Notes: generated by a model not told the origin, from the letters alone. Numbered from the stretch's first letter, positions 20,272 to 28,747 are shown. The stretch is 29,148 nt of DNA from Candidatus Woesearchaeota archaeon (GCA_016211095.1 JACQSW010000090.1:1-29148); one strand, 5' to 3'. A program made the numbers and translations.

Positions 20272-22806
20272 TTAAATTATTGAGTTGTTGAATAATTTTT
20301 CGGTGTTTACCTTAGGCTTTTCATTAGCCCATTTAGTTATGTATTCTACTGGGAATTCTATCGTTACTATTGGGCCTTTGGCTGGGCCATCAATTGGGAA
20401 GCCGTTAATCTTGAATCCCCTCATTGGTGAACCGTAATTAAGCATTTCTCCAAACTCGTTTCTGTCCATGAAACAGTAGCCTATGTCGTGTAAAACATTT
20501 TTTGAGGTTGTTTGCCCACCCATGTGGGTGTGCCCTGCCCTGTTGATAACGTATTTTTCTTTGAATTCTGGAAAGTCTTGGCCACGCCTGTCGAATGCTA
20601 ATCTTGTGGTTCTCGTTGGGTCCTTGGAGCTTTTTGAGCTACCTTGTTTGTGCCTGCAGTATTCTCCCCATAAGTAGTGGTCTTTTACGCCAAAAGTTCC
20701 TGAATAAACCCCTCCTTTTCCAAGAATTTTTGCCTGTATTTCTTCATTCGCAGCTTTTAGCCTTATCTTTAACTCTCTTGCAAGTTCTTCTGATGTGTTT
20801 TGCAATCCTTCAAATGTGTGGACGTTATGGTTTCCGTTTAGGATGTTTATTACTGGGCCGTAAAGCTTTGCATCTCGAGCCCTTTTTAGTGTTTTGGCCA
20901 ATAACTCTTCTATTAATGAGTCAAGGAAATCAAATCTTTGTTTTTGCGGCGAGATTATTCCGCTTCTTATTGTGTTACGCTTCAAGAGTTTTGTTAGCTC
21001 TTTTTGTTTCTTTTCAGGATTATCCTTGTACATTTCCATTATTCTTCCAATTTCTTTTTCTAATTGTGCAGGGTAGAGGTATTCTTCATGTTCCTCTTTT
21101 TCTGTGTCGTAGTTTTTTTCTTGGAGCTCATCCCCTAATGAGTTAATTTTTATTATTGGGGCGTTTATTGCGAGGACGAGTTCTTGAGCTACGGTGAACG
21201 CATATTTTATGTCAGACTCTGTTTCTATCACAGAGACATATTTTGAGCCATGATGTTGGTCAGATATGTTAAGTTCATACAACATTTTATGTTCTGTAAC
21301 TTTTTCTTTTTCGCTGAATGCATCATCGTTTGTTAAGAAATTGCTTGTTAATAGTTTTCTTTTCTGTATTCCAGTGATATATTCTAAGATTAGCGCTCCA
21401 GAATTAAAATCGTATTTTGTTGCGAGTTTAGTCATTTTGTTGCCGGCTACCCGAACCCTATCCTTTAGGATGTCTTCCAGGCTTTCCTCGTCTAGGCATG
21501 TAGGCAGTTGGATTAGGGTTATAGTTCCCTGTTTTTTATCAATGTAAGGGACTAAGTCTTGAGTGTATGTTGCGCTTAACCCGCCAGCAACAACTATATC
21601 GGGAGCTTCGCCCTTTGCTGACAAATTCATCCTTGTTACTTCAACCAATTTATCCATTAGGTTGTCTGCTATTTTGCTAGTCAGTTTATCCGTGCTCGCT
21701 ACAACCTTTATTATTTTGTTGCCGATTTTGATGTGGGCTTCTCCAGTTGAGATGACCTTGCTGTTTGGTATAGCTGATTCTATTTTGTCAATTATGTACC
21801 CTTTCATTTTTTCGTCCCCAAGCCTCATATATTCGTCGTTAGTGTTGCTCATCAGTACCCTTGTTTTGTATTCTTCTATGTCTGCTAGCTGTTGGACGAT
21901 TTTTTCTTTTGTTATCTCTAAACTTCTATGTTGCTTGATCTGTTTTTCAGAAACTTCTTCCTCGCTTTCTGATAGTTTGACAAATTCTTTTATTTGCTTG
22001 TTTACCCCTTTTAATTCAGATTTTAGTTCAGCGATTCTGACTCGTGTTGATTCTTTTTCTTTTGCTATTTCTATCCTTAATGCTTCTACGGTGTGCTGCC
22101 GTGTTAGCTCTTCTTCTACGTCGCCAAAAACTATGTAAACCTTGTTGTTAAAGAGGGGTTTTCCTTCTTTGTTTAGGAATAGTGGTCTTAGGGCGTCTTG
22201 TATAACCATCTCTAGCCTTTCCTTGAATGTTACGTAAATCGGCTTTTTTTCTTTTAGCAGCGTTTTAGGATCCCTTCCGGCAGCTTTTATTGCGTCAGGG
22301 TAGATTACTGTTTGTGAGTCGGTTTTTAGTTCTGTTGTTACTGCTCGGTCCACTTTGTATTTGGAGAATCGTGTGATGTCCATCCAGATGGTGTTGCCTG
22401 TTAGCACTATGCCGTCAACTTTGTCTGCTTCTGCATATCTTAGGAAGTTTCTGAATAGCTTCTTGTTCGTTTTTCCCCCAGCATAGATTGTGTTTGCAAA
22501 CCCTAGTTTGAAGTCTTCGCCGTCTTTCGAGGGGACTTCTGTTGGTTGGAGATAAGTTGATATTGGTGATTGATAAGTTGAGTTGGAAACTATTTCTTCT
22601 ATTGATGAGATGGCACTGTAAAGCGGTGTGCTTTCGTTGCCTATAGGTTCTATTTGCAGATGTTTTCCTGCTGTCTGCAACTTTTTCAGTTTTCTTGTTA
22701 TCGTGCTTTCAGGCAGGTTAAACCTTTTTGCCAATGCTTTTTTTGTAGAAGGCTTTTTTTTGAGGTATTCCCAAATTTTTATTTCATCTGGTGATAGTTC
22801 AATCAC
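20272..22806 (-). CDS. HTH + degenerate metallophosphoesterase + coiled coil + intact calcineurin-like metallophosphoesterase, 844 aa
   Basis: N-terminal wHTH (KKALAKRFNLPESTITRKLKKL). The C-terminal domain has all five motifs (SDQHHG, LGDE, GNHN, RHK, GHTH). The N-terminal copy has degenerate equivalents (NTIYAG, TGNT, FGDV, AGGLS). GTG start with a GGGGGG SD at 22814-22819. Confidence 0.8.
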   Translation of the reverse strand: MIELSPDEIKIWEYLKKKPSTKKALAKRFNLPESTITRKLKKLQTAGKHLQIEPIGNESTPLYSAISSIEEIVSNSTYQSPISTYLQPTEVPSKDGEDFKLGFANTIYAGGKTNKKLFRNFLRYAEADKVDGIVLTGNTIWMDITRFSKYKVDRAVTTELKTDSQTVIYPDAIKAAGRDPKTLLKEKKPIYVTFKERLEMVIQDALRPLFLNKEGKPLFNNKVYIVFGDVEEELTRQHTVEALRIEIAKEKESTRVRIAELKSELKGVNKQIKEFVKLSESEEEVSEKQIKQHRSLEITKEKIVQQLADIEEYKTRVLMSNTNDEYMRLGDEKMKGYIIDKIESAIPNSKVISTGEAHIKIGNKIIKVVASTDKLTSKIADNLMDKLVEVTRMNLSAKGEAPDIVVAGGLSATYTQDLVPYIDKKQGTITLIQLPTCLDEESLEDILKDRVRVAGNKMTKLATKYDFNSGALILEYITGIQKRKLLTSNFLTNDDAFSEKEKVTEHKMLYELNISDQHHGSKYVSVIETESDIKYAFTVAQELVLAINAPIIKINSLGDELQEKNYDTEKEEHEEYLYPAQLEKEIGRIMEMYKDNPEKKQKELTKLLKRNTIRSGIISPQKQRFDFLDSLIEELLAKTLKRARDAKLYGPVINILNGNHNVHTFEGLQNTSEELARELKIRLKAANEEIQAKILGKGGVYSGTFGVKDHYLWGEYCRHKQGSSKSSKDPTRTTRLAFDRRGQDFPEFKEKYVINRAGHTHMGGQTTSKNVLHDIGYCFMDRNEFGEMLNYGSPMRGFKINGFPIDGPAKGPIVTIEFPVEYITKWANEKPKVNTEKLFNNSII

Positions 22807-23094
22807 TCATAATCCCCCCTTTTTTGTCTTAAATTTTGTAAAATGATTAGCTGTATAAAAAGATTTGTATACAAAAAGAGTGATTTGAACAAGATACCGG
22901 TACAAAAATGAAAGAAATATGCTTTTGACCCCTTTTGTGAACCCATCTTCTTTTTTTGTAAAAGTCCACTTTTAGTTATTCCTAATCATTAATGCATATG
23001 AGAAGTATTTAAGCCTTGCTTTTTTTTTTGCAGTCTATTTCAGATTAACCGAATTTTGTCGAATAAGCTCCCAAAAATGCGTGTTAAGCAAACT

Positions 23095-23102
23095 TTTATA
23101 TA
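23095..23102 (+). promoter_or_regulatory. TATA box (TTTATATA) for the CoaD-HD gene
   Basis: Lies 26 nt before ATG 23129 and supports that start over 23081. Confidence 0.55.
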
Positions 23103-23128
23103 ATCCTTTTAAAATCCCTTGTCTCGAA

Positions 23129-24229
23129 ATGAATAAGGCTGTTTATGCGGGAAGTTTCGACCCAATAACAAATGGGCACTTATGGATGATTGAGCAGGGC
23201 GCAAAATTATTCGGCAAATTAGTCGTCGCTATTGGTGTAAACCCTGATAAGAAGCACGCATTTTCTTTAGATGAAAGATTAACGATGTTAAGAAAGACGA
23301 CGCGCAATTTTTCAAATGTAACTGTAGAGTCTTTTGAGAATAATTTTCTAGTGAATTATGCAAGTTCGGTTAATGCTCAATATGTCCTAAGGGGGATAAG
23401 GAGTGTTGGGGATTATGAATATGAACGCGAAATGAGATACATCAATACAGATTTAAATTCTGATATCACAACAATATTCCTGACGCCGCCAAGAGAAATA
23501 GCAGAGATTAGCTCAAGCTTAATCAAGGGTCTTGTCGGGCCGGAGGGATGGGAAGAAGTGATAGAAGGGTACATACCGAGAAATGTTTACAACAAGTTCC
23601 TCACAAAGTTCAATGGCCTGCATACTGGATGGAATTCTCTTTGGAGCGCGATAAATGCGAAAGGCAACTCTGAAAGTGTTTATAACGAAATTATAAATTT
23701 GTACGGAGAACCAGCTAGGGCTTATCACAATTTGGTGCACATTGCTCACGCTCTACGTGAATGCGCAACCATTAAAGGGTTGTTAACAAATCCAAGCCAA
23801 GTTGAGGCTGCAATCTGGTTTCACGACGCCGTTTACAACACATCCGCAAAAGACAATGAAGACAAGAGTGCACAGCTTGCCCAAAAAAAATTAAGCGAAG
23901 CAGGATTGCCCGAGCAGTTCGTGACGAATGTTTCTCAACTAATCCTCGCAACTAAACATACAAATATCCCGCAGGACAAAGATGCACAATACATCATCGA
24001 TATTGATTTGGCAATACTTGGAAAAACTGCAAAGGAATTTGACGAGTACGAACGAGACATAAGGGATGAGTATGCTTGGGTGCCAGAAGAACAATTCAAA
24101 CAGGGCAGGCGGGCAATCTTAAAATCTTTTCTCGAAAGACCATCTCTTTATACAACTGGCTTCTTTAAGGAAAAGTATGAAAAGGAAGCGAGAAAAAACC
24201 TTGAAAGGTCCATTACTCAATTAAGTTGA
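23129..24229 (+). CDS. coaD: Fusion of bacterial-type phosphopantetheine adenylyltransferase (CoaD) and an HD-superfamily phosphohydrolase (COG4339-like), 366 aa
   Basis: CoaD part: AVYAGSFDPITNGH, LRGIRSVGDYEYE, ISSSLIK. HD part: YHNLVHI, WFHDAVY, DIDLAILG, IRDEYAWVP...GRRAIL. Confidence 0.88.
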   Translation: MNKAVYAGSFDPITNGHLWMIEQGAKLFGKLVVAIGVNPDKKHAFSLDERLTMLRKTTRNFSNVTVESFENNFLVNYASSVNAQYVLRGIRSVGDYEYEREMRYINTDLNSDITTIFLTPPREIAEISSSLIKGLVGPEGWEEVIEGYIPRNVYNKFLTKFNGLHTGWNSLWSAINAKGNSESVYNEIINLYGEPARAYHNLVHIAHALRECATIKGLLTNPSQVEAAIWFHDAVYNTSAKDNEDKSAQLAQKKLSEAGLPEQFVTNVSQLILATKHTNIPQDKDAQYIIDIDLAILGKTAKEFDEYERDIRDEYAWVPEEQFKQGRRAILKSFLERPSLYTTGFFKEKYEKEARKNLERSITQLS

Positions 24230-24278
24230 AGCCTTTTTCTAAAAGCTTAAATAATTCACAAATCATCTTGCAAAATTG

Positions 24279-24881
24279 ATGATAAGGGAAAACTTAGAAA
24301 ATTTGGAATTAGGAAATGCTAAACTTGTTGCTGTAACAAAAACCTTGTCCAAAGAAACTATATTGGAAGCGATTGAGTGTGGAGTGACTGACATCGGCGA
24401 GAATTATGTGCAGGAAGCAGAAAAAAAGTTTGTAGCAATAGGGAAGAAGGTGAGATGGCACTTCATTGGGCACCTACAACTCAATAAGGTAAAAAGGGCT
24501 GTTAAAATTTTTGATTTAATCCAAACTGTTGATTCTTTTGAACTAGCAAAGAAGATAAGCGCCGAAGCTAAAAAGATTGGCAAAACTCAAGAAATTCTTA
24601 TTCAACTTGATAGTTCCGGGGATAAGTTTGGAATAAAACCTGAAGAGGTTCACAACTTCTTAACTCAGATTGATGGACTGCCTTACATAAATGTTCGGGG
24701 CTTGATGACTATTGCCCCACTAGAAAAACCTCAACCCGCGTTCAAAAGGATAAAACAAATTTTTGACAAAGAAAAACTTAGTATTCTCTCGATGGGGATG
24801 AGCAACGATTATAAAATAGCTATTGGGGAAGGAAGCACCATGGTGAGGATAGGTACGGCTATCTTTGGCAAAAGAAGCTAA
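24279..24881 (+). CDS. yggS: YggS/PLPBP pyridoxal phosphate homeostasis protein
   Basis: LVAVTK (PLP Lys), IGENYVQEA, WHFIGHLQLNK, LSMGMSNDY and STMVRIGTAIFG. TTAAATAA lies 24 nt upstream. Confidence 0.95.
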   Translation: MIRENLENLELGNAKLVAVTKTLSKETILEAIECGVTDIGENYVQEAEKKFVAIGKKVRWHFIGHLQLNKVKRAVKIFDLIQTVDSFELAKKISAEAKKIGKTQEILIQLDSSGDKFGIKPEEVHNFLTQIDGLPYINVRGLMTIAPLEKPQPAFKRIKQIFDKEKLSILSMGMSNDYKIAIGEGSTMVRIGTAIFGKRS

Positions 24882-25558
24882 GAGATTATTGTTCCAACAA
24901 ATTCTTTTTCTTCCAAGCACTTTTTTAGGTTGTCTGTCCCTTTTAAGATTATTATTCTTATTTTTGATTTTCTTGCAGTTTTAGCAGCAAATGAATCAAG
25001 CACAAAGTGTTGACCAGGCCCCTCTTTGACTTTACTGATTATCTTTTCAAACTCTTCATGGCTTATTTTTTGAATAAGCTTGGCGTCCTTAAATTTTTTT
25101 GGGTCCTTGTCAAATAAGCCGTCGACGTTTGTTATGTTGATAAACATTGGCGCCTTTAGGTATTCTGCTATTTCAGCTGTTGTACCATCAGATGTTCTTC
25201 CAGGCGATAACCCGCCGCATACAACGATATTGTTTGATTCTAATAGCTTAGCTATTTCTTCTAGTGTGGTTGGGATGTTTTGATTACAATTTTGTAGGAA
25301 TGAAGCGACAAGTTTGGCGTTTAAGCGGGTTACATCGATGCCCATTAAGTCTTGTGCGTAGTCGTTTAGCCCTCCCTTTTTTAGAGTGTCAATATAGTTT
25401 CTTGCTGTTTTTCCGCCGCCTGTGCAAATGACTATCTTGTAACCTTTTAGTGTGTGGATTGTTTCTTTGAATTTTTTGAGAAAGTCATAGTCCACATTCT
25501 CGGGAACAATTATTGATCCACCGAGAGATATCACAACTATTTTTTGTTTGTTAGCCAT
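24878..25558 (-). CDS. pyrH: UMP kinase (archaeal type)
   Basis: VISLGGS, TGGGKTARNYI, DLMGIDVTRLNA, PGRTSD and NVDGLFDKDP. Confidence 0.93.
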   Translation of the reverse strand: MANKQKIVVISLGGSIIVPENVDYDFLKKFKETIHTLKGYKIVICTGGGKTARNYIDTLKKGGLNDYAQDLMGIDVTRLNAKLVASFLQNCNQNIPTTLEEIAKLLESNNIVVCGGLSPGRTSDGTTAEIAEYLKAPMFINITNVDGLFDKDPKKFKDAKLIQKISHEEFEKIISKVKEGPGQHFVLDSFAAKTARKSKIRIIILKGTDNLKKCLEEKEFVGTIIS

Positions 25559-26094
25559 TTTGCAAATTTTTCTAGTGCCTGCGCCCGATGTGAGATTTTT
25601 GCTTTTTCCTCTTTGGTTAATTCGGAAAAAGTTTTTTTGTGCCCTTCAGGTATGAATATGGTGTCGTAATCAAAGCTTATTTCTTTGCTTGGTTTGGTTG
25701 CTATTTCACCATTGCAAGTTCCTTGGAAGTTAACTATTTTTCCATTTGGTTCATAGTAAGCTATTGTTGTTCTGAAGAATGCTTTCCTGTTTTTGCCTTC
25801 TAACAGTCTTAGTACTCCTTCATACCCTATCGTTTTGAATATGAATGACGCGTTTACTCCAGGGAAGTTTTGGAAGGCTTCAAAGTATATTCCAGTGTCT
25901 TCTGCTATTAGCGATTTTTGCAGCCTTTGCATAGCTGTTAATGCTTTGTCTATTGCTGTTTCTTTTTCTGTCGGCAGTTTTTTTTCTATTACCTCAATGT
26001 CTGATTTTAGCAGGTTTATCCCGTATTTTTCGAGTATTTTTTTGGCTTCTTCAAATTTGTCGTAGTTGCTTGTGGCAAAGAAGATTTCTTTCAT
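25537..26094 (-). CDS. rdgB: Ham1/RdgB non-canonical purine NTP pyrophosphatase (ITPase), 185 aa
   Basis: FATSNYDK, EDTG, FPG, FDYDTIFIP and ISHRAQA. Start set to ATG 26094, an ATGA overlap with the upstream HD gene. Confidence 0.92.
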   Translation of the reverse strand: MKEIFFATSNYDKFEEAKKILEKYGINLLKSDIEVIEKKLPTEKETAIDKALTAMQRLQKSLIAEDTGIYFEAFQNFPGVNASFIFKTIGYEGVLRLLEGKNRKAFFRTTIAYYEPNGKIVNFQGTCNGEIATKPSKEISFDYDTIFIPEGHKKTFSELTKEEKAKISHRAQALEKFAKWLTNKK

Positions 26095-26573
26095 GCTTCT
26101 TCCCCGATGAGCTCTTTTTCTAAGCTTTTTGTGTATTCGTAGAATTGCCCCCAGTTTTGGTTTGGTCCGTATCTTTCTTTTAACTTTTCGAATCTTTCTT
26201 CCAATGTTACAATTTGCCCCCATTCGTCTCTTTTGTCGGCGTAGAACACGATTTTTTCTTCTATTGTTTTTGGCGGATTTTTTTCAAGGCATTCAAAGCC
26301 GTGTTTTTTTACAATTTCCGCCACTTCTTCATAGCCGAGATTTTCTAGCAGTTCCGCACCTTCTTTTGTATGGTGTTTTGCGTTTAGCTTTTTTATGTCG
26401 TGAAGGAGGGCAGCGGCCAGCACTAATTCTTTGTTTATTTTGTGCCCTTTTTTTTCTAGTGTTTCTGCAGTTTTTAGTGCGTAGTTGGCGACTGAGAATG
26501 AATGGAAGAAGATTGTTTCTTTTACTGCATATTCTGTTAGCAGATTGACGCATTGCCTGAAGTTGGGTATCAT
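26091..26573 (-). CDS. HD (HDIG-type) domain phosphohydrolase, 160 aa
   Basis: FFHSFSVA, AALLHDI, HTKEGAELL, VKKHG and EKIVFYADKR. Start set to ATG 26573, with TTTTAAAA 27 nt upstream. Confidence 0.85.
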   Translation of the reverse strand: MIPNFRQCVNLLTEYAVKETIFFHSFSVANYALKTAETLEKKGHKINKELVLAAALLHDIKKLNAKHHTKEGAELLENLGYEEVAEIVKKHGFECLEKNPPKTIEEKIVFYADKRDEWGQIVTLEERFEKLKERYGPNQNWGQFYEYTKSLEKELIGEEA

Positions 26574-26709
26574 TCTCGTTGTTTTTTGTGCTTTTTTTCT
26601 TTTTAAAAGTTGTTGAATAAACCCAAATTTATTTACCACTAATAAATTGCTACAATAGAAAGGCTTATATACATCCATTATCACCAAAATGCCAACAAAA
26701 GTGAGTCAT

Positions 26710-27012
26710 ATGGAACTATCAGACAAAATTTGTGCTATCGCTAAGGATGTTGGAAAAGAGGCTAAGATTAGAGCTACTGGTCTATACGTTTCCTTGCCTA
26801 TCATTATGGCGGGCGCACCAGCTCAAGCTGGTGAGAATAATATGGCTGATCAAAGTAATAATGGCGATGTCCTAATGTACAGCCTTTGTTCGGTGATTAC
26901 CTTCGGTGCAGGGCATATTGCGCGCAAAGCAAGATTCGGTGAATTGACGGTACTTTCTTATGCCAGCTCAGTTTTTTTTGCAAGCTTGGCGATTTATAAT
27001 CTTTTTAAATGA
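26710..27012 (+). CDS. Hypothetical small membrane protein (about 100 aa)
   Basis: ORF with 2-3 hydrophobic segments and a TATA-like TTATATAC at 26665-26672. The start is uncertain (26689 or 26710). Confidence 0.5.
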   Translation: MELSDKICAIAKDVGKEAKIRATGLYVSLPIIMAGAPAQAGENNMADQSNNGDVLMYSLCSVITFGAGHIARKARFGELTVLSYASSVFFASLAIYNLFK

Positions 27013-27110
27013 ATTTCTAAACAAAGTAATACACTATTTTAAAGTGGTAACAAAACGAAACATTTATATATTAGTTCCGCTTTACATATATTATCACCTC
27101 TTTTTCCCCA

Positions 27111-27202
27111 GCAAGAAACTCGTAAGGGTTTCTTGCCAGGGTTTTATAATTCTCCAAAAAATTTAAAACCCTGCATAGGAATATCCCTAAAACGGCAAGA
27201 AA
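27111..27202 (+). promoter_or_regulatory. Structured 5' leader with mutually exclusive stems
   Basis: Hairpin A 27111-27136 (11 bp, GUAA tetraloop) and hairpin B 27137-27173 (10-bp perfect arms). 27194-27202 is complementary to 27129-27137. TATA-like TTTATATA at 27063-27070; ATG at 27204. Confidence 0.45.
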
Positions 27203-27203
27203 A

Positions 27204-28103
27204 ATGGAGCTTAAATTAAAAACCTTAAACAAAACAAAAGACTTTGAAGAACTCAAACCTTACGTTAAGAAAGGGGCATTAAACATCGTCGTTCACCCAT
27301 TTTATTCAACCTATTTTGAGCTAGAAAATCAAAAACAGGACGCAATAAAAAACTCAATAGAAGAGAGAATAAAAAATTGTTTACTAGCAAACGACAATGA
27401 AACAAAAATAGAGAACTACATCTTAGCATTGCAAACAATAAAAGAATACACCAACATAAAAGCAATTTTGGATAGAAAAGAGCTAACAATACTCTTGCTT
27501 CCAAGAAAATACACAAAAAACAAGAGAGTCTATGAATATATTGGGCTGACCAAATCCCCCGAAAAAATTGTAAAAAACATAAACGTTGAAGATTACTTGG
27601 TGACATTGAGCCAAATAACACAAAACCAGCCAAATTTCCTAATAGCTGAATCCAAAAACTGGGATACCGGCGAAATTTCTAAAAAAGAAATAAAAAAATT
27701 GAGGCGGCTAATAGACAAGACAAATATTAGCGCTATAACCCTCTCCGGTGGATTTATTGACGGCTGCCTGGATAATGCCGCAGAATCATTAGACAGAAAA
27801 TTCAGAGACAAAAGTATTTTTGTAATAAGCGACGAAGCTGTTTTAAGCCACGAAATGATAAATCACTATTGCCAAAGATCAATATCGCGTAACGCAATTA
27901 ATAGCATAATCTCAGTTATCCCCCAAAATTTTTTTGGCATATTAACCGAGGCATTACAACATAGCCAACATATAATGGATTATGAAAAATTCTTAAACCA
28001 AATGCAGGACCTAAACAAAAAAATATTAAGTTTTTTAAAACTCCAATGCGAAAGCATAAGCTACCCCTCAGTAAGGGTTGTGGAGACGCGACAATGCCTT
28101 TAG
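27204..28103 (+). CDS. Hypothetical protein, 299 aa; weak isochorismatase-like cysteine hydrolase pattern
   Basis: Long ORF. ITLSGGFIDGCLDNAAESL...IFVISD resembles the GxxxxxCV...vvsD segment of isochorismatase-like hydrolases, but no DxQ motif is visible. Confidence 0.55.
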   Translation: MELKLKTLNKTKDFEELKPYVKKGALNIVVHPFYSTYFELENQKQDAIKNSIEERIKNCLLANDNETKIENYILALQTIKEYTNIKAILDRKELTILLLPRKYTKNKRVYEYIGLTKSPEKIVKNINVEDYLVTLSQITQNQPNFLIAESKNWDTGEISKKEIKKLRRLIDKTNISAITLSGGFIDGCLDNAAESLDRKFRDKSIFVISDEAVLSHEMINHYCQRSISRNAINSIISVIPQNFFGILTEALQHSQHIMDYEKFLNQMQDLNKKILSFLKLQCESISYPSVRVVETRQCL

Positions 28104-28549
28104 ACCAAGAAATTTGGAGCTGTGAAATGCAAGAATACCTAATTAACAATAATCCTTATGTGCTGTTAGGGACGAAAGACGCTTTTATTTGCAAAATTAT
28201 AACAGTGGAATACTCAATCATCAAAGGGATATGCCATTCTCCAACAACAAAAGAAGAAATCATTCCCAAATTCAGAACTGCATTTTATGAGTATGGGCTT
28301 AAAAATTTCGAAAATGCAACCATCACCCTTTACCGAGGGAATGGAGAGGTAAACAAATTTGACAAAGTTAATATCGCTGAAATGTTCGGGGTCGACACAA
28401 AGAAGGTAATCACGCCCCCTTTAGAGGTGAAGTGTGCAAAAACAGCCGTTATAATTGGAACTGATAAACATTTAGTTTTAAGGGAAGAATTTAACGGGAT
28501 AGAAGCAGGTAGACTATTTGAAAAGGCAAAACAAAAAGGAAAGAAGTGA
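28094..28549 (+). CDS. Hypothetical protein, 151 aa; putative NTAN1/CheD/CNF1-fold Cys-His deamidase
   Basis: EMQEY...LLGTKDAFICKIITV...GICH parallels the NTAN1-type Q.EF...LGSDDATTCHIVVL...H pattern (Cys33/His48). Overlaps the upstream stop by 10 nt. Confidence 0.5.
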   Translation: MPLDQEIWSCEMQEYLINNNPYVLLGTKDAFICKIITVEYSIIKGICHSPTTKEEIIPKFRTAFYEYGLKNFENATITLYRGNGEVNKFDKVNIAEMFGVDTKKVITPPLEVKCAKTAVIIGTDKHLVLREEFNGIEAGRLFEKAKQKGKK

Positions 28550-28552
28550 AGC

Positions 28553-28747
28553 TTAAGCTTTCTTGCCTGAGTAGCCGTCTTTATACCAGCCATCGCCTTT
28601 AAGTATGAATGTTGTTGGGCAGATTAACCTTTCTAAAACTCCGCCGCATTCTTCTTTTAAACAGTTCGCTAGTTTGTTGTCGCTTATCTTTTGAACGACT
28701 TCAAATGTTTCTCCACATTTTTTGCATTCATAAACATATGTCGGCAT
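28553..28747 (-). CDS. FmdB-family zinc-ribbon regulatory protein, 64 aa
   Basis: MPTYVYECKKCG.TFE...C...CGG.LERLI...F.LKGDGWY. Confidence 0.9.
   Translation of the reverse strand: MPTYVYECKKCGETFEVVQKISDNKLANCLKEECGGVLERLICPTTFILKGDGWYKDGYSGKKA

Noticed and set aside
22803-22946. 47-aa hydrophobic minus-strand ORF whose TGA overlaps the GTG start of the 844-aa gene
   Set aside because: It runs across that gene's own TATA and SD, has an F/L-rich composition typical of T-rich spacer DNA, and shows no motif. Worth rechecking if the cassette is cloned.
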